Below are positions 26,797 to 35,579 of a stretch of DNA of 64,000 nucleotides, one piece after another. The position numbers and the translations under genes are program-made. Below the pieces are notes generated by a model, which saw only the letters and a program-made list of their open reading frames with translations, ran no database searches and was not told the DNA's origin. Origin of the DNA: an uncultured bacterium (GTDB lineage: Bacteria; Auribacterota; Erginobacteria; Erginobacterales; Erginobacteraceae); NCBI GenBank assembly GCA_963822585.1, contig CAWGIE010000031.1, positions 224,001-288,000 of the forward strand, in the 5' to 3' direction. The stretch's first letter is position 1. Each line of letters starts with the position of its first letter.

Positions 26797-28854
26797 GTGG
26801 CCAAGAAGAGAACTAAAAAGACGCAGGCGATCGTTCCGGCGCGGGCGGAGTTTTTCCTGGGGCACCGGGCCAAAAATATTCTCACCATCCTCTTCCTGGT
26901 CGCTTTCTGCCTTGGCTTGTTCCTCCGCTTTTACGACCTGGAGCTGAAACCCCTGCATCACGATGAGGGGGTCAACTCCTGGTTTCTTCTCAATCTCAAA
27001 AAAGACTTTCCCGCCGGCTGGAAATACGATCCCGAGAATTACCATGGACCGTTTCTCTTCTTTACCCACATCATTCCCCTGGCTATCAGCGAGAGCATCT
27101 TCGCTCTCCGTTGCATGGTGGCCCTTTTCGGTTCCCTGACGATCGCCCTCCTCTGGCCCTTGAGAAGAAAGATCGGGCGCTGCGGCGTGGTCACGGCCGG
27201 CTTCCTGTTGGCCGTCTCCCCGACCAATCTCTTTTTCGCCCGAACCAATATTCATGAAACATACCTGATCTTCTTCACGCTGGGGACGATTGTCGGCGCG
27301 ATTCGCTTCTGGGAGTCGAAAAAGCCGGTTTATTTTATTCTTATGTGCGCCTGCTGGGCCTGGGTGATCACGGTCAAGGAAACATACATCATGACCGGAG
27401 CCGCCTTTTTCTGGGCCGCTGTCGGGACCGGCCTCTGGTTCACGGTTACCCGGAAAAACAACGAGACCACCCCCCGGAAAGTGATCACGGACCTGCTCGG
27501 ATGGATGAAAGAACACTACCTGGCGCTCTGGCTGGCCTTTGTGGTCTTTGTCCTGATTATCGTCGTCTATTACTCTTCCCTCTTCACCAATGCCAAGGGG
27601 ACCACCAGCGATCTGATCACTAGTCTCCGGATCTGGGAAAAGACCGGGACCAAGGGCGCCGGCCATGAGAAACCTTTCTGGTATTGGTGGTGGCTCTTAC
27701 GGGACTTTGAATTCCCGATCCTGATACCGGCCGTGCTCGGCATCGGCTACGCCTTTAAAAGAAGAAACGCCTTCGCGGTCTTTTGCTCCTTTTGGGCGGT
27801 CCTCCTCTTCTTCATTTATTCCTTCATCCCTTACAAGACTCCCTGGCTGGCCCTGAATTTTATCCTCCCCCTGATTCTGCTGGGCGGCTACTTCGTGGAG
27901 AATGTTTATCGTTCGATCCGGGATTCTGCGGTGCTGGTCGGAATCACCGCCGCGCTGGGAGCGGCGGCGATGTTGGCCTGGGGATCGGGGATCAGCTGGC
28001 GGGTCAATTTCCTGGAATATGACAATGACACCTACCAGATCGTCTACTCCCAGACCCGGCGCGATATCAACGACATGATGAAGCGGCTGGAGGAGTACGC
28101 CCATGACAAAGCCCAGGGCTACGATACGGAGATCAAGATCGTCTCCGATGAATACTGGCCTCTCCAGTGGTATCTGCGGAAATACAACCACGTGGGCTAT
28201 TGGGGGCAGGTAATCGACGATTCGGACGCCCCCATTGTTCTCGGGCGCTCCAAGACCCAGCAGGAGCTGGAAAAAACCCTCAAGGATACCTATTACTCGG
28301 AACTGTACAGTATTCGGCCCGGTCTGGATATGTACCTCTACACCCGTCTCCACCGGGGGAAGGAGCCTGAAGAAGAGATTAAGGGCACGGGACCGATCGT
28401 CATTAACAAAGATACTCTCCAGAGTGGGTTAATTGCCCAATATTATAAAAAGATAAACCCGGTCGGTGAGCCAGCTTTCGAAAAAATAGAGGACCACTTC
28501 GATTTCCATTACGACAATGAGGAAGAGAAAAAAGCCGGTTTGAATATCACCTCGCCTTTCAGCATCATCTGGGAAGGCCTGATCGAGATCCCGGAGTCCG
28601 GAACCTATCTCTTCGCGACTGAGTCGGATGATGGATCATGGCTCTTCATCGACGACCGGTTGGTTGTGGATAACGGGGGCACGCACGGCATCGAATACAA
28701 ATCAAACACAATTATTCTCGAGAAAGGGATGCACCGGATCAAGATAAAATACTTTGACAGCGCCTGGGGGGCGATCATGAAGGTCCTCTGGTCGCCACCC
28801 GGTGAAGGGGAAGCGCCGATCCCCCCGCACTATCTCTGGCATATCCCGAAGTAG
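26797..28854 (+). CDS. TIGR03663/Agl23-like GT-C membrane protein with C-terminal PA14 domain
   Basis: LRFYDLELKPLHHDEG, YDPENYHGP, TVKET, GHEKPFWY, YKTPWL, YWPLQWYLR; PA14: FSIIWEG.I.IPESGTY.F...SDDGS.LFIDD..VVDNGG.HG; start moved to GTG because ATG 26779 lies inside a REP. Confidence 0.85.
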   Translation: MAKKRTKKTQAIVPARAEFFLGHRAKNILTILFLVAFCLGLFLRFYDLELKPLHHDEGVNSWFLLNLKKDFPAGWKYDPENYHGPFLFFTHIIPLAISESIFALRCMVALFGSLTIALLWPLRRKIGRCGVVTAGFLLAVSPTNLFFARTNIHETYLIFFTLGTIVGAIRFWESKKPVYFILMCACWAWVITVKETYIMTGAAFFWAAVGTGLWFTVTRKNNETTPRKVITDLLGWMKEHYLALWLAFVVFVLIIVVYYSSLFTNAKGTTSDLITSLRIWEKTGTKGAGHEKPFWYWWWLLRDFEFPILIPAVLGIGYAFKRRNAFAVFCSFWAVLLFFIYSFIPYKTPWLALNFILPLILLGGYFVENVYRSIRDSAVLVGITAALGAAAMLAWGSGISWRVNFLEYDNDTYQIVYSQTRRDINDMMKRLEEYAHDKAQGYDTEIKIVSDEYWPLQWYLRKYNHVGYWGQVIDDSDAPIVLGRSKTQQELEKTLKDTYYSELYSIRPGLDMYLYTRLHRGKEPEEEIKGTGPIVINKDTLQSGLIAQYYKKINPVGEPAFEKIEDHFDFHYDNEEEKKAGLNITSPFSIIWEGLIEIPESGTYLFATESDDGSWLFIDDRLVVDNGGTHGIEYKSNTIILEKGMHRIKIKYFDSAWGAIMKVLWSPPGEGEAPIPPHYLWHIPK

Positions 28855-28967
28855 TAAGGATTACTTCATGATAATATTCAATTTCCATGAAACAATCCCG
28901 GCAAAGGGTTACGTCTCCATCCTGTTTTTCTACTTGACAGCTTCTATATTTATGCCGGCTTTGTCTA

Positions 28968-28996
28968 TTGACTTTGTCTTTCCCATCGGGTAAGTT
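28968..28996 (+). promoter_or_regulatory. Possible sigma70 promoter for the export operon
   Basis: TTGACT-17 nt-TAAGTT; AGGAGG SD before ATG 29080. Confidence 0.35.
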
Positions 28997-29079
28997 CTTA
29001 TAACCCTGACTCTAATCGCAGGGAAAGGGATGTTTCTATCCAGATATCAATCGTTACCTGAAGAAGGAGGAGCAATGAC

Positions 29080-29679
29080 ATGAAAAAAGCAGCTACTGTG
29101 AGGATTCTCTGCCGGACACTCCCGGTGATGATGGTTTTTTTACTCGCCTTCGGGGGAACGACGGGATGCGGGAAAAGCGGGAAAAAACCATCGACAATCG
29201 ACGTAGAAAAGATCATCGATTTTACCGGGGAAATTCAAGTCACTCTTCCCTCCGGCGATGTAAAAACGTACCGGGTCGGGGACACGCTTATCCCTCTCCC
29301 TGAGAACACTCTGGTGAAGGTGCTCTCCAAAGAATGCACGGGTGTTTTGGCGGGGAAGATCATCCTCATCAAGGAGGGCCAGATAGCCCGTATCATCAGA
29401 CCCGGTGTGACCGCGCATAAGGTTATCCAGTTCACCGGGGAGCTGAAGATTATCCTGCCTGACGGAACCATCATCTTTGTCAAGGCGGGAGAGCCGCTCC
29501 CCGCGCTTCCCCCCGGGACCCGGATCGAAGTAATCTCCGGAGAACTGATCGTCATCTGGGGAGATGAGAGATACACCCTCATCCCCGGTGACGTCGCCTG
29601 GATCGAGCTGCCGGCTGAAGAGGAATCCCCCGCTTCGGAGGGAGGAGACATCAGCCCCGCCAGCCCGTTTGAACCATAG
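29080..29679 (+). CDS. Lipoprotein with two tandem ~60-aa beta-rich repeats (possibly FecR-like)
   Basis: Signal peptide ending FGGTTG-C; repeats KIIDFTGEIQVTLPSG..VGDTL.PLPENT.V.V.S and KVIQFTGELKIILPDG..AGEPL..LPPGT.I.V.S. Confidence 0.7.
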   Translation: MKKAATVRILCRTLPVMMVFLLAFGGTTGCGKSGKKPSTIDVEKIIDFTGEIQVTLPSGDVKTYRVGDTLIPLPENTLVKVLSKECTGVLAGKIILIKEGQIARIIRPGVTAHKVIQFTGELKIILPDGTIIFVKAGEPLPALPPGTRIEVISGELIVIWGDERYTLIPGDVAWIELPAEEESPASEGGDISPASPFEP

Positions 29680-29713
29680 TATCGAGCAGCAGCCGAAGGT
29701 GTTCCCATATACT

Positions 29714-30910
29714 TTGAAAAGATCACACTTCGTTACAACATTTTTCTGGGGAGGGGTTTTCCTGGTCAGTGTATTTATCCTCTCCTCCAGCGAGGTTTCC
29801 GGTTTGGAGATCGGAAAACCCGGGACCGGTATCACTCAGGGTAGCCTGGTCATTCACCCTCGTTTAAAGTTCAGAGGTGAATACGACGACAATATTTTTC
29901 TTACCGATCGGGGAGCGGAAGACGATCTGATCGGCGTCATCATGCCGGGTGTTTCCCTGGAGCTGCCCTGGGATAAAAATTATCTCTCCCTGGACTATCA
30001 GGCGACCCTTCACTATTTCAAGGACCACCCGGATCAGAATCATCAGGACCACCGTCTCAAAGGATTGTTCAGCTTTGTTTTCAGCTCAATGACACTGAAG
30101 GCCGAGGACCTCTTCCTTGATACGTCTTCCCGGGAAAACACCGATTTTACCGAGCGGATAAAGCGGATCGAGAATACCGGCTCCATCGCTCTTCTCTACC
30201 AGGCCAATGCCTTCGAACTCCAGGGCAGGTATAAGAATTTTTACGAGGACTACGACCAGCAGATTTATAGTCCCTACGACCATATGGAGCACTACGGGAT
30301 TCTGACCGGTTTTTACAAGATAGCGCCGAAGACGAAAGCACTGATAGAATACACCTACGACCGGATCGTATATCGGGAAGACCGTAATCGTGACGGTTAC
30401 TATAACGAGGTGCGGGCCGGTTTCACCGGGGAGATCACTTCTAAACTGACCGGCACCGCCAAGGTGGGTTACCAGTCCCGGCAGTATCATGACGAATCAA
30501 TCTGGGACGATTTCAACGGGGTGGTGGGCTATGTACTCCTGGAACAGGTGTTCTCCACCAACAGCGATCTCCGGCTCGGATGGGAAAGATCTCTCCATGA
30601 AGCGACCTCCGAACAAAACAGCTTCTATCTTCTCAACCGGGGCTGGCTTGCCTACAGCCGGCAGCTGGCCCACAAGATACGGGGTTTCGCCCGGATTCAG
30701 TACAGCAACTACAGCTATCCGAAGGAATCGGCGCTATACGGGAAGAAGCGTCAGGATGACGTCTGGGAGCCCCAGATCGGGATCCGGTACCAGATACAGG
30801 TTTGGCTGGCTGCCGAATGCAGCTACACCTTTAAAAACCGCGATTCCAACCTGCCCGGAAAGGACTACCAGGATAATCGTTTTATCATTGAATTGTCAGG
30901 GACCTACTGA
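29714..30910 (+). CDS. Outer-membrane beta-barrel, polysaccharide-export associated (BBP2/EpsX-like)
   Basis: HPRL....EYDDNIF, IMPGV.L, alternating beta pattern, C-terminal DY.DNRFIIELSGTY; start chosen at TTG giving a signal peptide. Confidence 0.8.
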   Translation: MKRSHFVTTFFWGGVFLVSVFILSSSEVSGLEIGKPGTGITQGSLVIHPRLKFRGEYDDNIFLTDRGAEDDLIGVIMPGVSLELPWDKNYLSLDYQATLHYFKDHPDQNHQDHRLKGLFSFVFSSMTLKAEDLFLDTSSRENTDFTERIKRIENTGSIALLYQANAFELQGRYKNFYEDYDQQIYSPYDHMEHYGILTGFYKIAPKTKALIEYTYDRIVYREDRNRDGYYNEVRAGFTGEITSKLTGTAKVGYQSRQYHDESIWDDFNGVVGYVLLEQVFSTNSDLRLGWERSLHEATSEQNSFYLLNRGWLAYSRQLAHKIRGFARIQYSNYSYPKESALYGKKRQDDVWEPQIGIRYQIQVWLAAECSYTFKNRDSNLPGKDYQDNRFIIELSGTY

Positions 30911-31183
30911 TTTAACCCGCTATCTGACTGCCTGTCGACCGACAGACAGTCCAGACGTCGAGTGATTTTTAACACTGCCAGAGATTACAAGAGGCGCAAC
31001 CGAATAGACATTGATTTTATCGAATTCTCCGGCAATACATTTCAGCCATCGATCTGATGCCGGCGGCAGTGTTCACCGGAAAACCGATATATTCTCTTCC
31101 CGGCGAAGAAAAAATAATGTACTGTCGCCCGGTCAGTATGTTTTTTGTCCGGAGGCGTTGAACCATACTCGGCAACCTGGATT

Positions 31184-31966
31184 ATGATGAGAGATCGAAA
31201 AGCCCGGACGCGGGGCTCTTTTTTTTTCAAGCCGGCGGTGATGCTACTGGCCGGCGGAGTTATTTTCGGCGCCGGGTGTGGACATACCCCCGATGCCGGA
31301 AGCGGCGGCGAGATGGGGAATGATTACGCCCCCTCCTATTCCCCGGCCGCGCCCCTTCCCGAAACGGTCACCGGGAATCCGCTCCCCTCTCCCTCCCCGG
31401 AAATTACCCCTCTCTCCGGAACATCCGCGGAGGCCGCACCCCACTCCGTTTCCGACGAGGGCCCCCCGGAGGAGACCGGTTACCTAATCAGCCCCAATGA
31501 TGTTATCGCCATCTCAGTTCTGGGAGAAGAAGACCTTTCACTCAGCGTCCGGGTCTCCGAAAAAGGTCTGATATCCTTCCCTCTCCTGGGAGAGATCAAG
31601 GCGGTGGGCTACACGCCTATCCAGTTTGAGAGAAAACTCGAAGAACTCCTCGAAAAGGATTACCTGGTCTCGCCCTCGGTCAACATCAACATCAAGGAGT
31701 ATGGTGCCATTTCTGTTCTGGGACAGGTCAAGAAACCGGGATCGTTTGAGATCAAGGGCCGGCTGACCGTAACCCAGGCGGTTGCCCTGGCGGGAGGCTT
31801 GACCGACATCGCCAGTCCCAATGGAACAAAAGTAATCCGGGAAGTGGCAGGAAGGGAAGAAATTATCCCCGTCAAGCTCAAAGATATCCTGAACGACGGG
31901 AACCTTTCCGGGGATATAAACCTAAAGCCCGGAGACCTGATTGTAATCCCTGAAAGTTTTTTCTGA
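31184..31966 (+). CDS. wza: Short OPX/Wza polysaccharide export lipoprotein (Poly_export + SLBB)
   Basis: Lipobox FGAGC; Y.I.P.D.I.I.V.GE.DLS..VRV...G.ISFPLLG.I.A.G; VLGQVKKPG; L.PGDLIVIPESFF end. Confidence 0.85.
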   Translation: MMRDRKARTRGSFFFKPAVMLLAGGVIFGAGCGHTPDAGSGGEMGNDYAPSYSPAAPLPETVTGNPLPSPSPEITPLSGTSAEAAPHSVSDEGPPEETGYLISPNDVIAISVLGEEDLSLSVRVSEKGLISFPLLGEIKAVGYTPIQFERKLEELLEKDYLVSPSVNINIKEYGAISVLGQVKKPGSFEIKGRLTVTQAVALAGGLTDIASPNGTKVIREVAGREEIIPVKLKDILNDGNLSGDINLKPGDLIVIPESFF

Positions 31967-31979
31967 ACGGGAGAAATCA

Positions 31980-34019
31980 ATGCCGATATCCAAAGACGTA
32001 GAATTTAATCTTCGAGAGAAGTTATATATAATCAATCAACGGAAATGGATCTTGATAGCTTCCGTAGTTATTCTCTTCTCCCTGGTGGCAATCGGAAACT
32101 TCACCGCCACGCCTCTCTACCGGGCTATTACCCGCCTGAGGATCGAGCCCAAAATGCCCGATATTGTTCCCTTTAAGGAGTTGTACTCAATTTCGGGCAG
32201 CCAACTTGACTATTACAATACCCAGTATAAGATTTTAAAATCCCAATCATTGGCACAAAAGGTTCTGGACAACCTCCCCTCCCCGGAAGCTGCTAAATTA
32301 AATGTCGGGCTATTGCTGGAGATGGTGACTATTAAGCCGATTGCCCAGAGCCAGCTGGTTGATATTATGGTCGTCGCGCCCGACCCGGAATTAGCTACCC
32401 TGGTAGCTAATTCCTGGGCGGATCAGTTTATCCGCTTGAGCATAGAATCCAAATTTAAGGCCATCCAGACAGCTCTTTCGCAGTTGACGAAACAACTGGA
32501 CGAGCAGAATGAAACGGTGAAAACAGCCCAGCAGGAGCTGATGGCATATAAAGAACGAGAGCGGATAGTCTCCCAAGAAGATATCCAGAATGAACTGGAG
32601 CAGCTCTCGGAAGCCTATTCGAAAACGAAGCGGGACCGGGAAGAGAAAGAACTTCAGATCGAGCAACTGAAAAAATACGCGGCCGAGGGCATTTCCCTGG
32701 AAACGTTTCCCCAGATCCGTTACCACTCCATCATCATGCAATTGAAAAATCGGCTGGTCCTGCTCCAGTCCGAAATGGCGGAGAACTCCCAGCGCTACAA
32801 GGCCAAGCACCCGAAGATGATGCAGATAGAGGCCGAGATTAAAATGGTCAAGGAAAACCTGAAGGACGAGATCGATAAAATCATACAGGGGCTTCAGACC
32901 GAGCATGAAATGGCTCAGGCCAACGAAAATATGCTCCTGGAGCAACTGGAAAAGCAAAAGACCTTGGCCCTCAATATGGAGAAAAAGGTACTAAAGATTG
33001 AGGACCTTAAGACAAAGGTAATGATCCAACGGGACGGTCAGCAGGCGCTTCTTTCACGGGTTAACGAAACAAGCATGACAAAAGGAATAGAAATCACGAA
33101 CATCTTGATTGTTGATTATGCCAAGGCTCCGACGTCTCCTTTTAAACCGAGAATATTATTCAATTTATTTCTCTCATTGATCATTGGAACAGCCGGCGGC
33201 ATCGGGATTATATTTCTGATGGAGAATCTCGATAATAGTATCAAGACCGCGAACGAAGCAAAAAAAATCCTTAAAATTCCGTTTCTCGGCGCTATCCCCT
33301 CTTATTCCCAGGCAAATACTAAACATGGTCAGTCTCCACTGGAGATCATACGAGATCCTTTAGGGTTGATCTCAGAAGCATTCCGGACAATAAGAACCGG
33401 GATCTATTTTGCTTCACCCGATGCATCACCCCAGATAATTCTAATAACCAGTTCCCTTCCGCAGGAGGGCAAGACTGACATCTCTACCATTCTGTCTGTT
33501 ATTCTGGCCAATGCAGACGAAAATGTGCTTCTGATAGACAGCGACATGAGGAAACCCCGAATCGGCGGAATTTTCGGGGCAGATAAACAAAGTCCGGGAT
33601 TGAGCGAACTTCTGCTGGGCCAATGCGAGTTAACCGATGCCATTCAAAAAACCGAATTCCCCAGGCTGAAAATTATCACCAGTGGGAAGATCCCTTCCAA
33701 TCCTTCCGAACTTATTAACTCACCGCAATTCAAAACCGTATTATCTGAACTCAGAAAGTCCTGGGATCGTGTTATCCTGGATTCTCCTCCTCTTCTCTCA
33801 GTTACCGATGCGACTATTCTAGGAAGGATGGTTGACGGTGTAATCCTCATAGTAAAAGCAGGTCATACCGGCGGCAAAATGGCTGTTTTTTGCCAGGAGA
33901 AGCTGAAACAGGTAAATGCTCATTTCATCGGCATAATCTTAAACAGGGTTGATATTCATCGGGGAATCAACTATTACTATTACTATAGTCAGTATTATTC
34001 CCCCCAAACCCGGGGTTGA
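31980..34019 (+). CDS. wzc: Polysaccharide co-polymerase / BY-kinase (PCP2a)
   Basis: Two TMs around a coiled coil, SEAFRTIRT, Walker A SSLPQEGKT, IDSDMRKP, ILDSPP, C-terminal Tyr cluster NYYYYYSQYY. Confidence 0.92.
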   Translation: MPISKDVEFNLREKLYIINQRKWILIASVVILFSLVAIGNFTATPLYRAITRLRIEPKMPDIVPFKELYSISGSQLDYYNTQYKILKSQSLAQKVLDNLPSPEAAKLNVGLLLEMVTIKPIAQSQLVDIMVVAPDPELATLVANSWADQFIRLSIESKFKAIQTALSQLTKQLDEQNETVKTAQQELMAYKERERIVSQEDIQNELEQLSEAYSKTKRDREEKELQIEQLKKYAAEGISLETFPQIRYHSIIMQLKNRLVLLQSEMAENSQRYKAKHPKMMQIEAEIKMVKENLKDEIDKIIQGLQTEHEMAQANENMLLEQLEKQKTLALNMEKKVLKIEDLKTKVMIQRDGQQALLSRVNETSMTKGIEITNILIVDYAKAPTSPFKPRILFNLFLSLIIGTAGGIGIIFLMENLDNSIKTANEAKKILKIPFLGAIPSYSQANTKHGQSPLEIIRDPLGLISEAFRTIRTGIYFASPDASPQIILITSSLPQEGKTDISTILSVILANADENVLLIDSDMRKPRIGGIFGADKQSPGLSELLLGQCELTDAIQKTEFPRLKIITSGKIPSNPSELINSPQFKTVLSELRKSWDRVILDSPPLLSVTDATILGRMVDGVILIVKAGHTGGKMAVFCQEKLKQVNAHFIGIILNRVDIHRGINYYYYYSQYYSPQTRG

Positions 34020-34071
34020 AATTTTTATGCGGTCGCATCACCCCGATAATATCTCTGTTTTATTGTCTCTT

Positions 34072-35466
34072 TCATCTCTTCAGCATTCGGTTCAGCCGAC
34101 TTTTAATCAGGAAAAATAATGCTCTTTTTCTTTTCCAGAAAAATCCGGCAAAATCAAGCAGCCGCAGGTTCTTCAGGTAGATGTATACGTATGCTTTTTT
34201 TTGCCACTTCAACATCTCCCGATAGGGCATACCGTCCAATTCCAGAACCTTTCCCCCATATTTGTCGTACAATGCCCAGTTTCGTGAAAGCAACCGGTAT
34301 CCCTCCTCTCCCTTGAGAGCCATCTCGTAAATCGAGGTACCCGGGTAAGGAACCATGAGGCCAACGGCGATGGTCTCCGTATTCAGCTGTGCGGCCAGAT
34401 CAACGGTTTTCCGAATTGTTTCCCTGGTTTCTCCGGGGTGTCCCAAAATGTAGTAGGTGGCTATTTTGATCCCTTCACTTTTAATAATTTCCACCGCATT
34501 TTTTACCTGATCTATGGTGATTCCCTTGTTTATCGCTTTTAATATCTTTTCATCACCTGATTCCACCCCCATCTCCAGGCGAAAACAACCCGCCTCTTTG
34601 GCAAGTTTGATGAGTTCCCGGGTCACAAGGTTTGCCCGGGTCAGACCACTCCATCTGATTTTCAAAGAATATCTCATCTGGATGAGGCTATTCAAAAGAG
34701 TACGAGTACGCTGATCATCAGAAAGAAATATCTCATCAATAAAATTAAAAGTGTGGGCGCCGTATTGGCTTACTGCGTTTTCTATCTCCTGACATATGTT
34801 TTCGACGCCGCGACGTCTTATTTCCTTGCCCAGTACTCTCATGCAAAAAGCACAGCGATAGGGACACCCGCGACTGGTGCAGATGGGATAATATAATTTA
34901 CGACCTGACAATGCCCGGGGATTATCTCCATAATATTCCTGAAAATCGGGAAAAGGGAGATTATCCAGTTCCTCCCCCGACATGAAAGACCGGGTGCCGG
35001 TTCGCGAAATTGATTTTCCGTTGAAAAATACTAATCCATTGACTTTTTCCGGATCGAATTCACTCCCCTCTTCCAAGCCTTCCATCAATCGGGCCAAGGT
35101 CTTTTCTCCCTCGCCGCAGACACCATAATCAAAAACAGGGAACTCGGTCAGAGTTTCTTCAGGAATAGCAGTAACGTGACATCCCCCTATAATAACAGGA
35201 ACTCCCAGACGCTCTTTCAAGCCGCGAGCAAGCTGTGCCGTCCGGCCAATCTCGTGGGTCATGGAGGTAAAACCCAGCACATCCGGATCATATTCTATCA
35301 CCCGGCGCGCCAGCTCTTTTATCGTCCAGGCGTGGAAATAGGCGTCAAATATTCTGCTCTGGATACCACAGGTTTTCAGATATGCGCTAATATAGGCAAT
35401 TCCCAGGGCGGGTTGCCTATACCAATCGGCATACGTGGGTGGAAGTTTTATCAAGGCAATCTTCAT
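34072..35466 (-). CDS. Cobalamin-binding radical SAM protein
   Basis: PALGIAYI, IGGCH, GEGE, TSRGCPYRCAFC, GVESGD, ILGHPGET, PYPGT. Confidence 0.9.
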   Translation of the reverse strand: MKIALIKLPPTYADWYRQPALGIAYISAYLKTCGIQSRIFDAYFHAWTIKELARRVIEYDPDVLGFTSMTHEIGRTAQLARGLKERLGVPVIIGGCHVTAIPEETLTEFPVFDYGVCGEGEKTLARLMEGLEEGSEFDPEKVNGLVFFNGKSISRTGTRSFMSGEELDNLPFPDFQEYYGDNPRALSGRKLYYPICTSRGCPYRCAFCMRVLGKEIRRRGVENICQEIENAVSQYGAHTFNFIDEIFLSDDQRTRTLLNSLIQMRYSLKIRWSGLTRANLVTRELIKLAKEAGCFRLEMGVESGDEKILKAINKGITIDQVKNAVEIIKSEGIKIATYYILGHPGETRETIRKTVDLAAQLNTETIAVGLMVPYPGTSIYEMALKGEEGYRLLSRNWALYDKYGGKVLELDGMPYREMLKWQKKAYVYIYLKNLRLLDFAGFFWKRKRALFFLIKSRLNRMLKR

Positions 35467-35579
35467 TTTATCGGAGGACTATTAAAGAAAGCAGAAACGT
35501 TAAGATACTTGCGGCGGTTGATAAAAATCCACTTGTGGAGTCCATCTATGATAATTGAATAAAGACCAGGGAAAATCCA

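Noticed and set aside
29564..29713. N-terminal extension of the beta-barrel ORF
   Set aside because: It overlaps the lipoprotein gene; a later start gives a normal signal peptide.
1101..29835. Many long antisense or overlapping ORFs (e.g. 1518..2198, 3731..4540, 5134..5937, 26617..27666, 29140..29835)
   Set aside because: Shadow ORFs of GC-rich genes; they mostly overlap well-supported CDSs and lack motifs.
31062..31073. ops/JUMPstart-like GGCGGCAGTGTT upstream of wza
   Set aside because: It mismatches the GGCGGTAG core and no RfaH/NusG paralogue is visible; likely chance in GC-rich DNA.
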